Source: Polymyxa betae A26-41 (Eukaryota; Protista; Endomyxa: Phytomyxea). From it: a stretch of 64,000 bases of DNA. Location of the stretch: contig RBZT01000729.1 in NCBI GenBank assembly GCA_003693705.1, positions 1-64,000 on the forward strand, in the 5' to 3' direction. Below, piece by piece: positions 10,516-25,500 of this stretch. A program made the translations under genes and the position numbers. The notes below the pieces were generated by a model. It was not told the DNA's origin. It saw only the letters and a list, made by a program, of their open reading frames with translations, and ran no database searches. How positions within the stretch are numbered: position 1 is the first letter of the stretch; each line of letters starts with the position of its first letter.

Positions 10516-13500
10516 ATGGAAATACTCGATAATGCCAGCGATCGCGCCTCGCTGTTCTTCGCTGCCCCGGGTAATTACGTCCCCAGCGATTGGTTGGACT
10601 TCTTTCTTAAACATCGCCAGAAACACAATTAGAGACGATTCGTCGCCTTCGTGATTCCATCGACTCGGTTATATCTTCGAATCCGGGGCGATATCGTCAA
10701 ATCCTGGAAGATGTCATTCCTGTCTTGATCGCAGTCCTGAAAGGCGGCTCTCCTCAGTTCGTACCAAATACAGTTCAATCTATCAGGGTATTTGAACGTT
10801 AGCAATCTATTCGCGGCAGGAAACCGATCGCATTTCACAGGCCACGATTCTCGATTTCTTCAATCAGCTGCCGGTGAAGCCCGAATTACGTGATCATGTC
10901 GAGAGCATCTACAATGCCTTGATCGATGTCTTAAACCGCGATAATGAGCTTAATGCATTGCAATGTTTATCCATGGTTATTTGCTGTAATCTTTTTTTCA
11001 CCATTTGTACCAATGTGATATTCACAGATTTTCGACTATCATAAAGCTTTCCACCCGTATCTAGAATCAACAGGTAATCTCGGCACAAAAATTTGGTCAT
11101 TTCAGGCTGATTGCTCAAAAGTGCCTCATTTCATGTCATTCTATTCGTCCATGTACAACAACTTGCCACGAATTGTCGCTTCAACATTTCCAGTTCGGGT
11201 AGGGCGTGTTTATTGACATTTTCAACGTTAACAGCAATTCAGCCGGGAACGCCAAGCACGCCGGCGCCGTCACCGAACTCATCGATGCTGGCGATGGCGC
11301 GAGCGTCGTTCCGGGTCTTGGCCGCTTCCGAACGAATTGTTCGACTGTTCATACAAATCTACCCGAAGTTCGCCGACATCTATCTCGGCCAGCTGATCCC
11401 GGTAATGATTAAGGTTAGAAATTATCGATATCGTCTTTGTCCCATATTGACGTTGGAACCGTTCAGGCGTTGCGATCGGAAGTCTCGGATCGTCACGCTC
11501 AAAAGATGGCACATCAGTTCACCGATTTTACCATTGCCAGAGTGAAGACATTATCGTTCTTAGTCTTCATATTACGAGTGTGTCCAGATCGTATGATTCC
11601 TCATACTGATGATCTGTCAAAGTGAGTTTCTACACCGAAAACGTTTTTAATGATTGCTCTCTTACTGTGTCGTTTTTCCTACGAAAGCAATTCTTCTCAT
11701 TTGAACCTTTAGGAGCGTGTTCGCATTGCTTCGCAGCTGCCCTGTAGATGCCGCAGCCGTTCGTCGCGAGCTGCTCATCAACATGCGACAGATGGTGTCT
11801 CTGGAACCCTTCTGCCGTAATTTCCGAGACAAGACCGACGTTTTCCTCAAGATGTACCCTCAGCTGATGATCGGCCGAGGCAAAGCCGCCCAAGGCGTTC
11901 TGCGACCGCTGGCCGCCTCCATTCTCATTGATCTCGTCAGTAATTTAAGGTAACATCACAGCTGGCTCAAGCAACATTCGCTGCTGGGATGACAACATGC
12001 GTTTTTTTAGGGGAGAATTATCCCTCGATCAGCTGGCTACTGCTGCAACCATATTTTGCCATCATCTGCACGATCCGTTATTGCCATTCGCACTGCAAAC
12101 GTCCAGTGCTAAGCTTCTGTTCAATCTGGTTGATCCGATCTATCAAAGAGATAAAGAAGACATCGGCCGACCTCGCAAGGTAGTGTTCGTTTTCCTTCTA
12201 AACATCGCGCTCATTGAGCTGGCAGATTTTCATCGCTGTTCTGTACTCGCTCGTATCGAAGTTTTCTTCGCTGCAGTCGCTAATTCCGTCACTCGTAGAA
12301 TCGATCCGGAAAATGAACGAATCGAAGACCGGGTAACGTACACTGCTGCAGTGGCTCAACCGTACTTACGTTTCATTCAGATGCGATGACGAGCCCGTCC
12401 CCGAACAGGCGCTGTTGAACAGTTCTGTGTTTCGGCCAGAGAATGTGTTGTTGGAAGCATCACGTAATCCATCCGCCCTTTTTGATCTGCATCGCGATAT
12501 TAAAGTAATATTTTCTGCATCTACCTGCGTGGCTTTGTCTTTACAATGATGTTTCTTTACGTATTGTGAATTAAAGTTTATTAATTATATAACATGGCCT
12601 GACTTAGTATTCTGTTATTTATGATTTGATAGGTCCTGGTAAGCACGATGCTGTTTGGCTTGAAAACCGTTGTTTGGTCGATCAAGAACTCGGCCTCAAC
12701 GATAGCGGGCGGTGGCGATGACAACCAAGTCGAGATGTCGCTAATCAGCGATTTTCTAATCTACGTAATCAGAGCGCTTCCTGTGTTCGCTGCATCTTTG
12801 GACCAGGTTCGCCAGGATCCCTATCGCTTAAAGAAATCTAAATGCTGTTATATAGAATGCGTCAAAGCGAGAATCGAACAACGATGCCTTAAGTACTGAT
12901 GCGATGAAACCGGCAACCGCATCCAACGAGACTGTTTTGGACAATTTCGCGTCGATATTCACTGCGTTGGAGACTCGTCAATTCCAGTCGATCTTCAATG
13001 AGCACATTGGCGATGTCATCGCTTTCCTGGACACTTACGAGCTGGAGCTGCCCGTGTTCGCTTTCGCGCAGCATTTCTTGCAGAACGCCAGCATGTGTAA
13101 GGTATGATACGGTCCATTATCACTCGCCATCAAGTTGATGACGTCACTTTCTGCAGCCATTTGCGGATTTACTGCTCTGTCATCTACTTCAACCGGAACA
13201 GCTCAAACGTCTTTCGGATTCCAATTCGGTCGCGGCCAAGACGCGCCTTAATCTGTTTCGAATGATACTGCGTAATTTCCCTTTTCACACAGTTACATTT
13301 TTTCGGTTGCATTTGTCGTTTTATGATGTGTTAGGGTTTAGGGTTCTAATCCATGTGCTTCATTTGCAGATGCTCTCACTATTTATACGGACGTCGAGTT
13401 CGTAATTCGGCCACACCTCTGCCGGATTGTATCACAAAGTCTCGAACACATTCTGTCATCGGATGATCCTCGCGCCTATTTTCTTGTCCTACGAGCTCTG

Positions 13501-16500
13501 TATGGCACCGCCGTCTGCAATTTCGCACCTGTACTGACTCAGTCCAGGTTCCGGAACATTGGCGGAGGCACATTCGAGCGGCTCTATAAAGAATTCTTGC
13601 CGGTCATGCCCGAACTCTTGACGGGGTTGCTGACGGTACAATCATGGCTGTTGATCGTACTGGTCGGGCCCGGTCGTCTGAAACCCGATCCGTCAGGTAA
13701 TTCGATCGGAATGCGCGCGCGATGTTCGAGATTTCGCTGTGGAACTCGGCCTGACCGTACCGGCCCGCCTGTCGTCGCTGCTTCCGTTCATTCCGAATTT
13801 GATCGAGATTGTTGCGTTTGCGCTGAAAAGCCGTACCGATAGCATCATCAAACTTGGTTCGTTGCACAATCCTGGAAGATTGCTCAGCTGAATGTGTTTG
13901 TGCAGGTCTTCGAACGTTGGAGTTCTGGATTGATAATCTTGAGCTTGACTTTCTGTATCCACTCATTGAAAAGTGAGCTGTAGCATTTTATTGGTTTTCA
14001 GTTTAATTGCCCTTTTTTCACCTGGAAGATAATTCCGATTCTGGTTGCGACGTTGATTTTTCTCTTTATGGCCCAAATGTGACCTGTTCTCAGAAATCTG
14101 AAAAACATCATGTTGGGTCTGTGTGCGTTAATCAACCAGCACACGACGCAATTTGGTCCGGCTGCTGCTCGTGTTCTCGGCGGTCTTGCTGGACGCAGCC
14201 GTCACTTCCTCGTCGATGGCCTTCCCGACTGTCTCACATACGGGTATCTGATTTTGCTTGTGTTGCCTGTCGCGGTCTGAACCAGCTGTCTAGAAGCGGG
14301 TGTACTGGCCCCCGGGTCTTCATCTCGGATGGCGTCACTATCACCATTCGGCACGCTGTTCGGCGTCTGTATCGAATCTTGTTTGAAGAGGAGAAGCAGC
14401 CGCTGCCTGTCGTGACGTTCGCCGCCAACATGGCTGAACATATCATCTATGCACTTTTAGCTTGTCATCAACAAGCTCGAAGACGTCCCATGTATGGTTT
14501 GCTTAGAAGACGTCCTCTCACCTATCTCATGCAATCGTGTAGTCATGAGTCGGATATGCTGATTGACGCCATCGGATATTCGCCAGATAATGGCGGTGCG
14601 TCACGGGTCGAAGAAGAGCGAATCTTTTCGCAACTGGTCACCTGCATGATCGCCGCCTCGGCTCGATACAAAATCGCATCGGTGCAGACATGCCTGATCG
14701 GTCTTGATAAGCACTTTGCTATTTTACTAGGAGATCTGGTACTAATTGGTTTCATTGCCTTTCTTTGTGTTTTTTCATCAGAAATTTGGGACCTTTTTTG
14801 TCGCAAATCATATAATGAAAGCGTTGTATCAGGCTCAATCGAATCAGCGGTTTGATTCGCTCGTCTTCCTCGACGTTCTACTCAACTGTGTTCGCTCTCA
14901 CGATACGGCTGTCTCTTCAGTCGCCTGGCAACATCTGACATCGTTCCTGGACGATCTCTTCGACGTCGCCGGTGCCGACGCTCTGTGTCGGTCGCATAAC
15001 GCCATCCAACACATCTTTTTGCAGGCCGGTCATTTCTGCCATTACGCAGGCCGACATGTATGGGGACCTGTATTGTGCTATCACAAATCGAACTGAGTTT
15101 TCTCGCTTAGGCGCGCCTCGCTGGAGCTCGTGTCATTGCGGAACTCGCCACTCGATTACCGGCTCCATGGCTTCACTCCAATCAGGTATCGATGTCGGTC
15201 GCCCTCTGTTGAACGCCGCCTCAATCATCTTCTAGAACGATCTGATCCGCTCGCTGCTGTTCGCATTGCGCGACTCGAAATCCGACATCGATCTGGAAAT
15301 TCGTCGGGTGACCACCCGAACCTTAGAACAGGTTCGATCAGGTTTTATCGACGATTGCTTTTGCTGATAATCGACGCAGACGATTCGAACATGCTCTCAA
15401 ATCGATTCCGATCTCACCTTGCTCGTCAACAATCTCGCCTCCGAACTCACTTCAGCGACCAGCGCCGTTCGCGAATGCATTCAGAATCTGCTCGAACTGG
15501 GTACGTCATCGACACCGTACTGACCCAGCTCGCTTCGTGCGCATTAACTTGCCTTGGTTGTGTGTAGTGTCGCAATTGTGCCACACGTCCATATGCGACT
15601 TGCTGAAACCGTTCCGAACGAATCTGTTGACTCCGGTCCTGTCACGTCGTTTGCATACGCTGGCGCCATCTACACGCATCGGTTACATCTCGGCCACGGC
15701 ATATTCGTTATCGATTGAGCCGCCTCTGCTCGATGTACTTCTGGAAATCGTTTTTGGTCTCTCGTTGATATGAGTTAGGTATCGTCCGAATTCTTCGAGT
15801 TGTTGATGTCCCTGGCGACTGAAATTCGACACGATGAATCATCGGCGCTGTATTGTTTTTGATCGTAATCATTGCTATGGTTGGTATCATTAATCTGGGT
15901 GTAGGGCCGGGAATCCATCTGTGAGTCCGTCATCAAGCCATTCGGGACGATCACGTCTCCTGATGCTGCAACGTGTCGAATCCATCAAATTGTTATCGGC
16001 CGCACTGAAATCGCCTCAACTACAGCGTCATGCTACGGTTGCCACACCGGTACCATTATTCTTTATTCATTGTCAATTCCATTTTGCGATTTTGTAGACT
16101 GTTCTACTTTTGCGTTTTTAATCGTCGGATTTTGTCGTTTTTTTCATCGCCCTTGTGAATGGTCGTATATTTATTAGGTGACACCGGATCCATCGCTGTT
16201 GATTGATTCAGTAATGTCTCCATCACCTGCCATTATCCCGGATGTTCTCACACCCGGACCCGGACCCGAAGCGGATGCCGTTGTCACCAACCTCCGCAAC
16301 CGAATCATCGCCGCCCTTTTCGAATCGCTGCGCTCTCCTCACGAAGAGGTGACCTTTTTCCTCTGCCTGTTGCTCGCCTCTCCTTATTGACCCACATCTC
16401 GCAGGTAGCACAAGCTGCTGATAGAGGGATGACGCTGGCGTGCGAACAGGAACGCCCTCCAAAGGCGCTGCTACAGTCATGTTTGCGTCCGGTTCTCTCG

Positions 16501-19500
16501 AATTTCGCCGAATATCAGAAACTATCGGTCCCTCTGCTCACCATGCTCTCACGTCTCCTCTCCGTCCTCTCCAAATGTTTCAACGTCACGCTGGCCCAGA
16601 AACTCTACGAACACCTGGAGAACTTCACGCGGGTCAGTTCGGCGCGCCGCCCGCCCTCCCACATCACTCAATCGTTCATGCAGATGGTTGCAACGATTGC
16701 TCGCGAGATTCAGCCCCCGCTGGTCCCGGATCCCGCCAATCCTGCTGGTGCGCAATCAACAGGTCGTACTGGCTCGGCTCTGTTGGGTTGTGCAGATTTG
16801 AGTAACGTTTCGTTGCAGGGGCGTCGGTGAACGGCGCACAACGATTTGGTCAGTGGAATGAGGTATTGATACCGGCCGCCATACTCGATACGTTCCATCT
16901 GTTGCCAAAACTGCCTCCCGCCTTTCTGCAGAAGTTAGTTGCGGCCGTTCTGCAACTCGAGACCATCTTTCCGATCTTACAGGTAACATTACATTTGATA
17001 CAGAGATGATTCATTGAGTATATTGATGATAGGTGTATGGTGGATGCGGTCATGGTCCTGGATCGCCTTATCGTCTACCTCTGGTCCGCTTCTTGAATCA
17101 TCCCGATTATTGTAATGACGCCGCCTTCTTCTTTGTCCAACCCGCCAATCTCTGTAATCCGGGACTATCACGTTTATTCAAAGATTGCCTCAAGATGGGA
17201 CCCGACTCGGAACGTCTCTGCAAGGCAGTTCGCGATCTGTTACCGCAAGTGCTTTGTAACGCTTTCGTGGTTCGACTCACTTCTGTATCGTTATTTTTGC
17301 AACGTTAACCATTTCCTTCAGGATCGTGACGATTCTGCTGAATCGGCCGAGCTGTGCTTCCAGACGATCTCCATCATTGATATTCTCAGTCAGGAATTAT
17401 TTCTGCCTCGATGTTGGTTGTTCTGATAAGCGATATTCAGCATCGTATGGAGTGAGCGGATGTGAGGTGGCACTGGACCGTCTCGTGCCAAAATGGGACG
17501 AACGGATGAGCGCAGCTCTCACAACTGATGCCGATCAGGACGTCGTTGTCGCCGATATCAGCTCGATCATCAATGGCCGTGAGACCCTCATGCTGGCCCA
17601 TATCTTCATTCGAGTACGCCCATCCGTTTTATACCGTCCCCTTAATTTTGTCCAAGCCTCAATTCAGTTTTTCCAATTTTACATCTTCTGTTTTTTGTTG
17701 TAGATTTGGACAATGTTCCGTATGTTTTATCTGATGGGGCGTCTATGCAGTTCTGTAAGGCTCATCCATTGAGTATCTCGGTCTATCTCTGGAAGCTGCT
17801 CTCCTTCCTGATAGTTCGACATCTCTCCGATCCAACCTTCCTGTTCGATTTCATCACTCGCGATGTTGTCCATGGCGATCAGGCCGAGATGGTCCTGCTC
17901 ACATTCCTGAATCAACTATCGCGCGTACCGGCTGCGTACGTCATCAAATCCAAGGCCCTCGACCTTGTCATCACTCCCGTCTTCCAGCGGTACGACAGGT
18001 CGTGCTGCTCCAGGATACTGCCGTACTGATCCCGATTTTTAGATTGGTCTCTGAACATCGTGATCTGACTCAGTACATTCGTATTGCGTCCAATGTTCTC
18101 CCACCGATTCTGACCGGGCAGAGCTCGCTACCAGATGTCTTCAATACTGCTCTGTCTAACTTAACCATTCACCTCATATTGCCATCCAGGTCGGCTCTCA
18201 ATACTTGGTTATCTCTCTTGAAATTCCGTTCATGTTGGACATCGATGATTCTTTTATTTCGAACATCTTTCCACACATTGTATTCATGAGAATCATTCTC
18301 ATTGATTGTTGTATGGCAGAAGCGATCCGCTGTTTCAGGCGAGTCTGCTGCAGTACATCTGGGCCAACACCCGCCACGAGAACACACAGGTCCAGCTAAA
18401 TGCATTCGTTGCTCTGGGCCGCTTCCTGAAGTCCCTCCCGCAAGGCACGTCTGCATCGCTCGATACGATCCGCCTGACACTGTTCGTCGCGATACTCGGC
18501 ATGCACCAGCCTTCGGTAATACTAGCCACTTACCGCCAACGGTACTCGAATAAACCATTGTAGGCACGATCGCATACGCACTTGGCGCTGAAATCGATCC
18601 TGCCTGGATTGACGGCCGCCAAGGCACCAGTCAGTACGATTCCCGAGTTCATCCGCTGGACGCGACGCGCACTCAGCACCGATTCGACGTCGGATTTTAG
18701 CTCGATCCGGCACACCGTTCGGATTGTCTGCACATTCCGGGAACATTTTGAACCTTTCCGGTCAGATTTTGTTCTCTCTTTTTATTCCTTTCAACCATTT
18801 GTAATCGGCATCTAATTGAGACTTATTTAGGTCGATGTTAATTCCGATCATGATTCCCGTACTGGACCGAATCGTGTTACCAGCTGCCTCCGATTCTGGC
18901 GAATCTATGCAAGTATTGAGTTAACTGAAACCAGGCTGTGAACACAATTCTGAATGTTTGATGTACAGCTGTCGTTAGATTGTGTCGCGACCATCATGTC
19001 GTGGGCACAAATGACAGATTCAACGACAAACACCATCGGCGACGATCGCGATCCGTTTGTGCCACCCAGTCTCGGAGACCTGTCGTTGCTTCCGGCGTTG
19101 CTTCAGATCGCTCCCGATTCGCCTTCCAACAAACGATGCCGGGTCTCGGTAGCATCGGAGTCGCTGATGGCTATCAGTCCGACTTCAGAACGTCATTACT
19201 CGCTGGAACCGATCGGAGGTGTTCTCGTTTCTATCATCATGAACACCGCCGATTCACCTTCCCTCAAATTTACACACTCGAGGGCACAGGTTCGATCATT
19301 TTTCCACACTTTCACAACATTTAATTTGCCGTTTTCACAGTACCGGTTTAAAACTTGCTAATTTTTGTTTGTGATGCTATTATGATCGTTTTTTGGTGTT
19401 GTAAAAATGTTGCTTTCTTTGGTCTGGGTTTAGGGTTTGTTCCACTTTCTGACCAATATAATGAACAGGATCAGCTTCGTCAATTCGCAGTCCAGCACGG

Positions 19501-22500
19501 CTCCGTGCTTGTCCGTCTTGATACTCTTGGGGCTATTGCCTCCACCGCCAGCATCACCGATCAGCAGCGCCTCAGCGGTCTGAATCTGATCGCCGATCTA
19601 GCGTCTTCGTCACCGGCCTCATGCCGTCAGGGCGCTGCTCATATCGTCCAGCTGATTCGTAGCTGTGCACAATCCGAGAACGCATCGGTACGACCAGCGC
19701 CCGCTGCGATACGTTACACTCATTCGAGGTCGTACAGGTCCGTCTCGCGATGTCGTCGGCGCTCACTGTGGCGTTGCCGTGCTTGATCGATAACAGCCAC
19801 GACTTCATGCAGATCGTCGAGGTCGGTTTGGCCCAGACCAATTATCAGCTGCATACGGCCGTTGAGATACTGCGATGTCTGGTGGCGGTAAAGCCGTCCT
19901 TAATCCAGGTACGATATTCTTAGGGTTTGAGAGTTCCAATGCAGACACTGCTCTTAGAACCAGATCGATGCGCTGTCGAAAGCGGTCGTCGTCCTGGCCC
20001 GGGACTGTCTTTCGCGCCAGGGTGAACAACGAGCTCCGGGATCCGGCCCGTATCGTGACGTTGTATCGGCGATGTTGACGTCGTTGCGACTACTGGCGGG
20101 GATCGCCCATCTTCCACCTGAACCTTATAGAGGATTGTTACAGACTATCACATTACTGACAGATAAGAGCACAGATCTGGAAGTTATTCAGGGGATCATC
20201 TCCGTTATCAACAGGTATCAGATTTTCTGTTATTTTGAATCCCAAGTAATGTTACTTCATTTTCTGGCTTAAATCTTGAATCGATTTCTCAATGGTTATA
20301 TGGCTTGCTTTTGGGCTTCATTGTAGTGACGATTGTTGGGTTGGCAACAGCTGGGTGCAAAATACACTCCATTTCGAATCAACTCGGAAAGATATTGAGG
20401 CCGTGATCGGTCGTCTGATTCGTTTCGTTACGAGCTCGACCAGGACACCCGCCTTCGAGTCCTCCTTCTTCCGTCTTCTGATGGCGTGCTCAGATGGTGG
20501 TCTATTGGGCTCCATGTCATTGATACCACCAATGTTACTCGGACTGGCTTCTACGGACGCCGCTCTTCGTGTCGAGTTTGTGTCGCGCATTCAACGTTAC
20601 ATGCTCATGAACAGTGCTGGTTCGTTACCTTATGTTACGTTACACTGAACTGATTGCGTTTCCAAGCCGAGGTCGATCAGAAATATTCGCTGTTGAAGTT
20701 CGTGTTCGGTGATGATAACTGGGAGCTCTGCTGTACAACGGTCAGTGCTGTTGGCTCTCCTACAAACTTTACAACCCTAATACCCTACCAGAGTCCGGGC
20801 CTCTGGATGGTGGCCGCCCTTCAGCTGATTCTATCAATGGGTTCCTTCAACGGAACCGCCCTCATCGATGACGCTGATAATGCTTCCTTTCCATTCCCAC
20901 AGAACGCTACCACTTCCGTCCTGCACGCCCATCGCCCCTTCATCGACGCCATCACCAACATTCGCGTATGTATCATAGAATATGGTGGCCAGTACGATGT
21001 ATCACAGGTCGCTGACGATGCCTGCGTAGCCGAAGGACGTTCTGGCACGCCTCTCCGACCTAATCGTACTCGATGCTGGTTCGGCCCGTTGCGTCTGGAT
21101 CGAGCTGTTCCCGCAGATCTGGGCCAGTATGCCGGAGGGGCAGCGCTCGTCGCTCCAGCCGCTTATCAACACGTTACTGTCGCGGGATTGGCATCGACCT
21201 CATCAGTCCGCTCAATCTAATCTCGTCCAGGTTCGCTTTCCCAACCGTCTTGTTTCTTACTTTTCCCTCGCTTGTAATGATGGAATCTCGGTTTGTTGGA
21301 TTTTATACATTCAATTTGTGAAGAGTTTTCAACATCAATTTGTAATGAAAGCTGGTCGATTGTTCAATTGACAGTATCATGGTCAGATTATGCTGGAAGG
21401 TTTCGTAGCATGTCGTCCAGATAATACTCCCATAGTACCGGGTGAACTTCTTGGATATCTGGGACGGACCTATAATGCCTGGTATCCAGCATTAGCATTA
21501 TTACATAGACAGACACCACAGATAGAAGCGCATGCTGCTATCGCACAAACATGCAGTCTGTTAAACGAACGTGATATCCTGGCCGGTCTCTGGTATAATA
21601 TCGCTCAGGTTAGAACCCCAAACCCTAAACCCTAACCCGTCTGATTCTTCCTAGTCGGATATCACCAAATCAGCTTTGGCTCTACAACAGTTCGGTTTAT
21701 GGCCACGAGCTCAGACGATGTTCTTCGCCGCCCTGGCGGCTATCAATGGCCATAGCTCCTCGGCACCTGATATCGGGGTCCCTCTACCTGAACAAGGTCA
21801 AGTGTCAGCATTAGAGGCGAATATGTGGGAGACAGAATGGACACATGCAGCATGGCAACTCGGACAATGGGATGCTTTATCAGCATGTGCTATGAGCCAG
21901 CACGACCTCAATACCCATGTACCAATAATCACGTTTCATGACGCCGGGTTTCCTGAATTTGTTTAGGTGGTTGCAATGTGTAAGCTCGGTAATTGGTCGG
22001 AATCGTTCGAGAGAGCGCCGTCCAATAGTGATGAATGGCTCTATAAGCTCTGTCTCTCCATCGTCAATAAAGATGATGATTTGGAGCGAACTGCAGAACG
22101 AACCATGCAGGTAATGTTTGTGCCGGTGCTGCATTGTTGGGCGACATGATTCTGACGGTACCGAGCAGGCCCTGTTGGCCAGCTGGGTCTCGTTACCATC
22201 AGTTGTATCGCAGGCGCACGTCCCGCTACTGGCTCAGTTCCACGGATTCGTTGAGGTTCAGGAGTCGAGCGCTATGCTCACAGATGTCATGCAGGCTAAA
22301 GCGCAGAATAAGCCTGTCGATCTCAGCTCATTCATCAAGATATGGAGACAAAGGTAGCTCGCTTTTTCAACAAAAAATTGCTTTTGCCGGAACTCGGCGC
22401 TGATGGTTGCGTTTCAGATTACCGAATGAATGGGAGGACTTGTCGTTCTGGATGGATCGTATCACCTGGCGTCTGAAAACGTTCGATATGATCCAGTATC

Positions 22501-25500
22501 AGATCGCCTCAACCGGTGCCCTACAGACCAACTCGAAATCCCAGATTCCATCGGTTTGTAAACGAGATTGGGTGTCGGGGGGGGGGGCGTACTGACCCAC
22601 TGTCGGTTTATTCCAGACCGATGATCGTATGTGGACGCTGCTGACGCTGTCGAAAGTGGCTCGAAAGCAGCAGCTCGGCCCGCACTGTCTTTATGCTCTA
22701 TCGCAGACCGTACAATGTAATGTCTCGCTGTTTACTGCTCTCGCTGTTCAAACGAGTTCTGTTACTGTCTCGAGCGAGAAGTTTTGAGTTTGGCGTCAAC
22801 GATTCGGTGGCCTATATACATTAACGGTTTCCACACAGATTCGGAGAATCCGATCACCATCAACGACGCATTCACTCGTTTACGCGAGCAGGTTCGTGTC
22901 TGTATGGGTACATCGATCCAATACAAAGAAGCGCTATCCCTGCTCAACTCCTTGAATATCGATTATTTCTCACCCGATCAGGTCGGTCGTTTATCTGTCC
23001 CTCGCTGTAAACTGATATCAGAGCGCAGAAAGCCGAACTGTTTCGTTTAAAAGGTGATGCATTACAACATCTGGGCCAAGGCGACGACGCCAACGCCTGC
23101 TTCTCTACCGCCTTATCCGTTTGCGAAACACATGGCAAATCATGGCTGTCATGGGCAAATTTCTGTGATCGAGGTCGCCCCTGTCTTTTTTCACATTTCT
23201 TTGTTTTGCTTTCACTCTCGCTTATCTAATTCATCGTAATATTTCTCTTCAATTTTTTTTGCTGTTATCGATCTTTATCAAGAGTTTCATCATTGACAAT
23301 TTCTTTTAGTATTCGCGATGAAGAAAGATCGTGAATGGGCGACCTGGGCGGTATCCTGTTATATGAATGCGATCGCATATGGCGAGGCGAGGGCCCGGCT
23401 TATGATCACCCGCGTCATCTGGCTCCTATCGTACGATGCCGAAGATCGATCGGTGGTGAGCGCCTTCGAACGTGCCTCGGAACAAGTCCCATTATGGACC
23501 TGGTTATTATGGCTACCACAATTATTGACCTGCCTGGCACGACCGGAAGGCGCCGCTATCAAATTAATCCTGCAACGAATCGCACGAATCTATCCGCAAG
23601 CGTTGCATTATACGGTATGATGGCCTCAGGCATCCAATTAGATTTAGCAATTTTCTTTTTCGATGTTTTCGATTTTGGCCGTTGCTAATAGTCAATTTTG
23701 TGCTGTTTTGATGTGATTTCTGACGGATGGATATTCTAGGTTCGAGCGTTTCTGTTTGAAAAACGCGAACAGCATGCGGTCAGCACTAAAGATGGTTCAA
23801 GCCCAGATAAAGCGTCGTCGGACACATCGTCGCTGGTGCTGGTCGAATCGATCGTGCTGGCGATGCGCGAGAACCATCCGTCTCTGGTGACCGAGATCGA
23901 GAATATGCTCGAAGAGATCAATCTGCGATTTCAACCGACACCGCACGAGGAGCTGCTGGCCTCAGTTCATTCACTCTATCAGAAATGCTTCAAACAGGTT
24001 CGACGTTGAGCGTTATCGTTCAAATGTTCTGATTCTTGAAACCAGGCCGTCATGGTATCGGGATTATCCGGACCGATCCCGGAACCGTTGGCCAGCGTAC
24101 TGGCCCGCCTGTCGCGGTCGTTCTTCAACAGTCCGAAACACGTCTCAAACCCGGTCCAGAGCGAGTTCGTCCGCCGATACAAGCAGGCGTTCGAGGCAGA
24201 TTTTAGCTCAACGGGCCGCATAACGCTCGCCGTCCTCTTGGGACGTCTGTCCAAATGGAAGAGCCACCTCGAATTTCACGTAATCGACTTTTGATTGATC
24301 TTCGAACTTGGTTGCAGTTTTCTGCAAAATTGTTCGAATTAGTTTTCTCAGAAGAGATGTTGAAACTGGTTCTAGGTGACACAACGGCGTCGAATGTCGC
24401 TTCGGCTGGAATCACTCAGCCCGTATTTGATGCGATTCCAAACGTACGAAGTTGAGGTCCCGGGCCAGTATCTCATCGATAAAGAGCCATCGACCGATCA
24501 GGTTTGTATTTCTATGAACCCGTTCCAACACGGTCTGATCTACTCGTAGAATGTCCTGATTGTGCGATTTGAACCATCTGTGGCCATAGTTCGCCTATCT
24601 CATACGTATCTGTATCGACGTTTATCCTTGTTAGGGACCGATGGTGTCACCTATCATTTCTTGGTTCAGGTCGGTGACAAAATAGCTCCCATTTTAATGC
24701 AGGTTTCTGAATCTCGGATTTTCAGTACTCTATCGCGCATATCAATAGAAGCGACGAGCGCATGATGCAACTCTATACGATCATCAATCGATTGATGTCT
24801 CGATATAAAGAAACTCGACGACGGAATCTAATGTTCGCTGTGCCTCTGGTCGTACCACTAACACATCGTCTACGTCTGATGGAAACACACGACGATGTCA
24901 CCAGTTTTGAGAAGGTTCTGCATTTTAATGACAATCTGCTTCCGAACAATGTATGATTTTGTTGGCAGGTTTATGAGCAAAGTTGCACAGCGCAAGGCAT
25001 CTCTCCCGACGCCCCATTTTCTGTTGTTATCGAAGAACTTAGTCGTGTTACGGAACTGACGCCTGCTAATATTCGAGCAAGTCGGCTGAGTTCGTTTAAA
25101 CGTATCATGGGCTCGGTTATTCCCAAAACCTTGCTATCAGACTATTTCCATACCGTTATTGCAGATCAAGAATTGCTATGGGTATCCCGCTCATACTGTT
25201 AAATCCGTTCTGTTTGACCTCTGTTTTAGGCATTTAGAAAACAGTTTGCTCAGCAAATAGGACTGAATTGTTTCCTGTCATATATTTTGTCTATTGGCGA
25301 TAGATCGTTGCATAAAATCTTGCTGCAACAGCAGGATGGCCAAATCACTTTCAATGATTTCTACCCATCCTATAATGTTCACAATATGATCGAATCCAGC
25401 GACAATGTCCCATTTAGGTTGACTCCCAATATCTCCACTTTCATCGGTGAGCTTCGCTTGAGACATTTTGTATTCGTTTTTGACAGATTATATAGGCGAT

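Noticed and set aside
12545-12602. Possible C/D snoRNAs in long TRRAP introns (also near 19370)
   Set aside because: Box C is imperfect (ATGATGT, GTGATGC) and there is no terminal stem or recognisable rRNA guide.
17704-17719. Possible 16-nt microexon inside a long TRRAP intron
   Set aside because: Inclusion would shift the frame; direct joining AHIFIR|FCKAHP is already in frame.
19289-19468. Possible stwintron (G|GT...AG|TACCG)
   Set aside because: Two-step removal would take one extra nucleotide and break the downstream DQLRQF frame.
22577-22587. G11 homopolymer
   Set aside because: A single intronic run with no G-quadruplex pattern; possibly slippage or sequencing noise.
25287-25370. Loss of catalytic DRH/DFG residues in the PIKK domain
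   Set aside because: Expected; TRRAP/Tra1 is a known pseudokinase.
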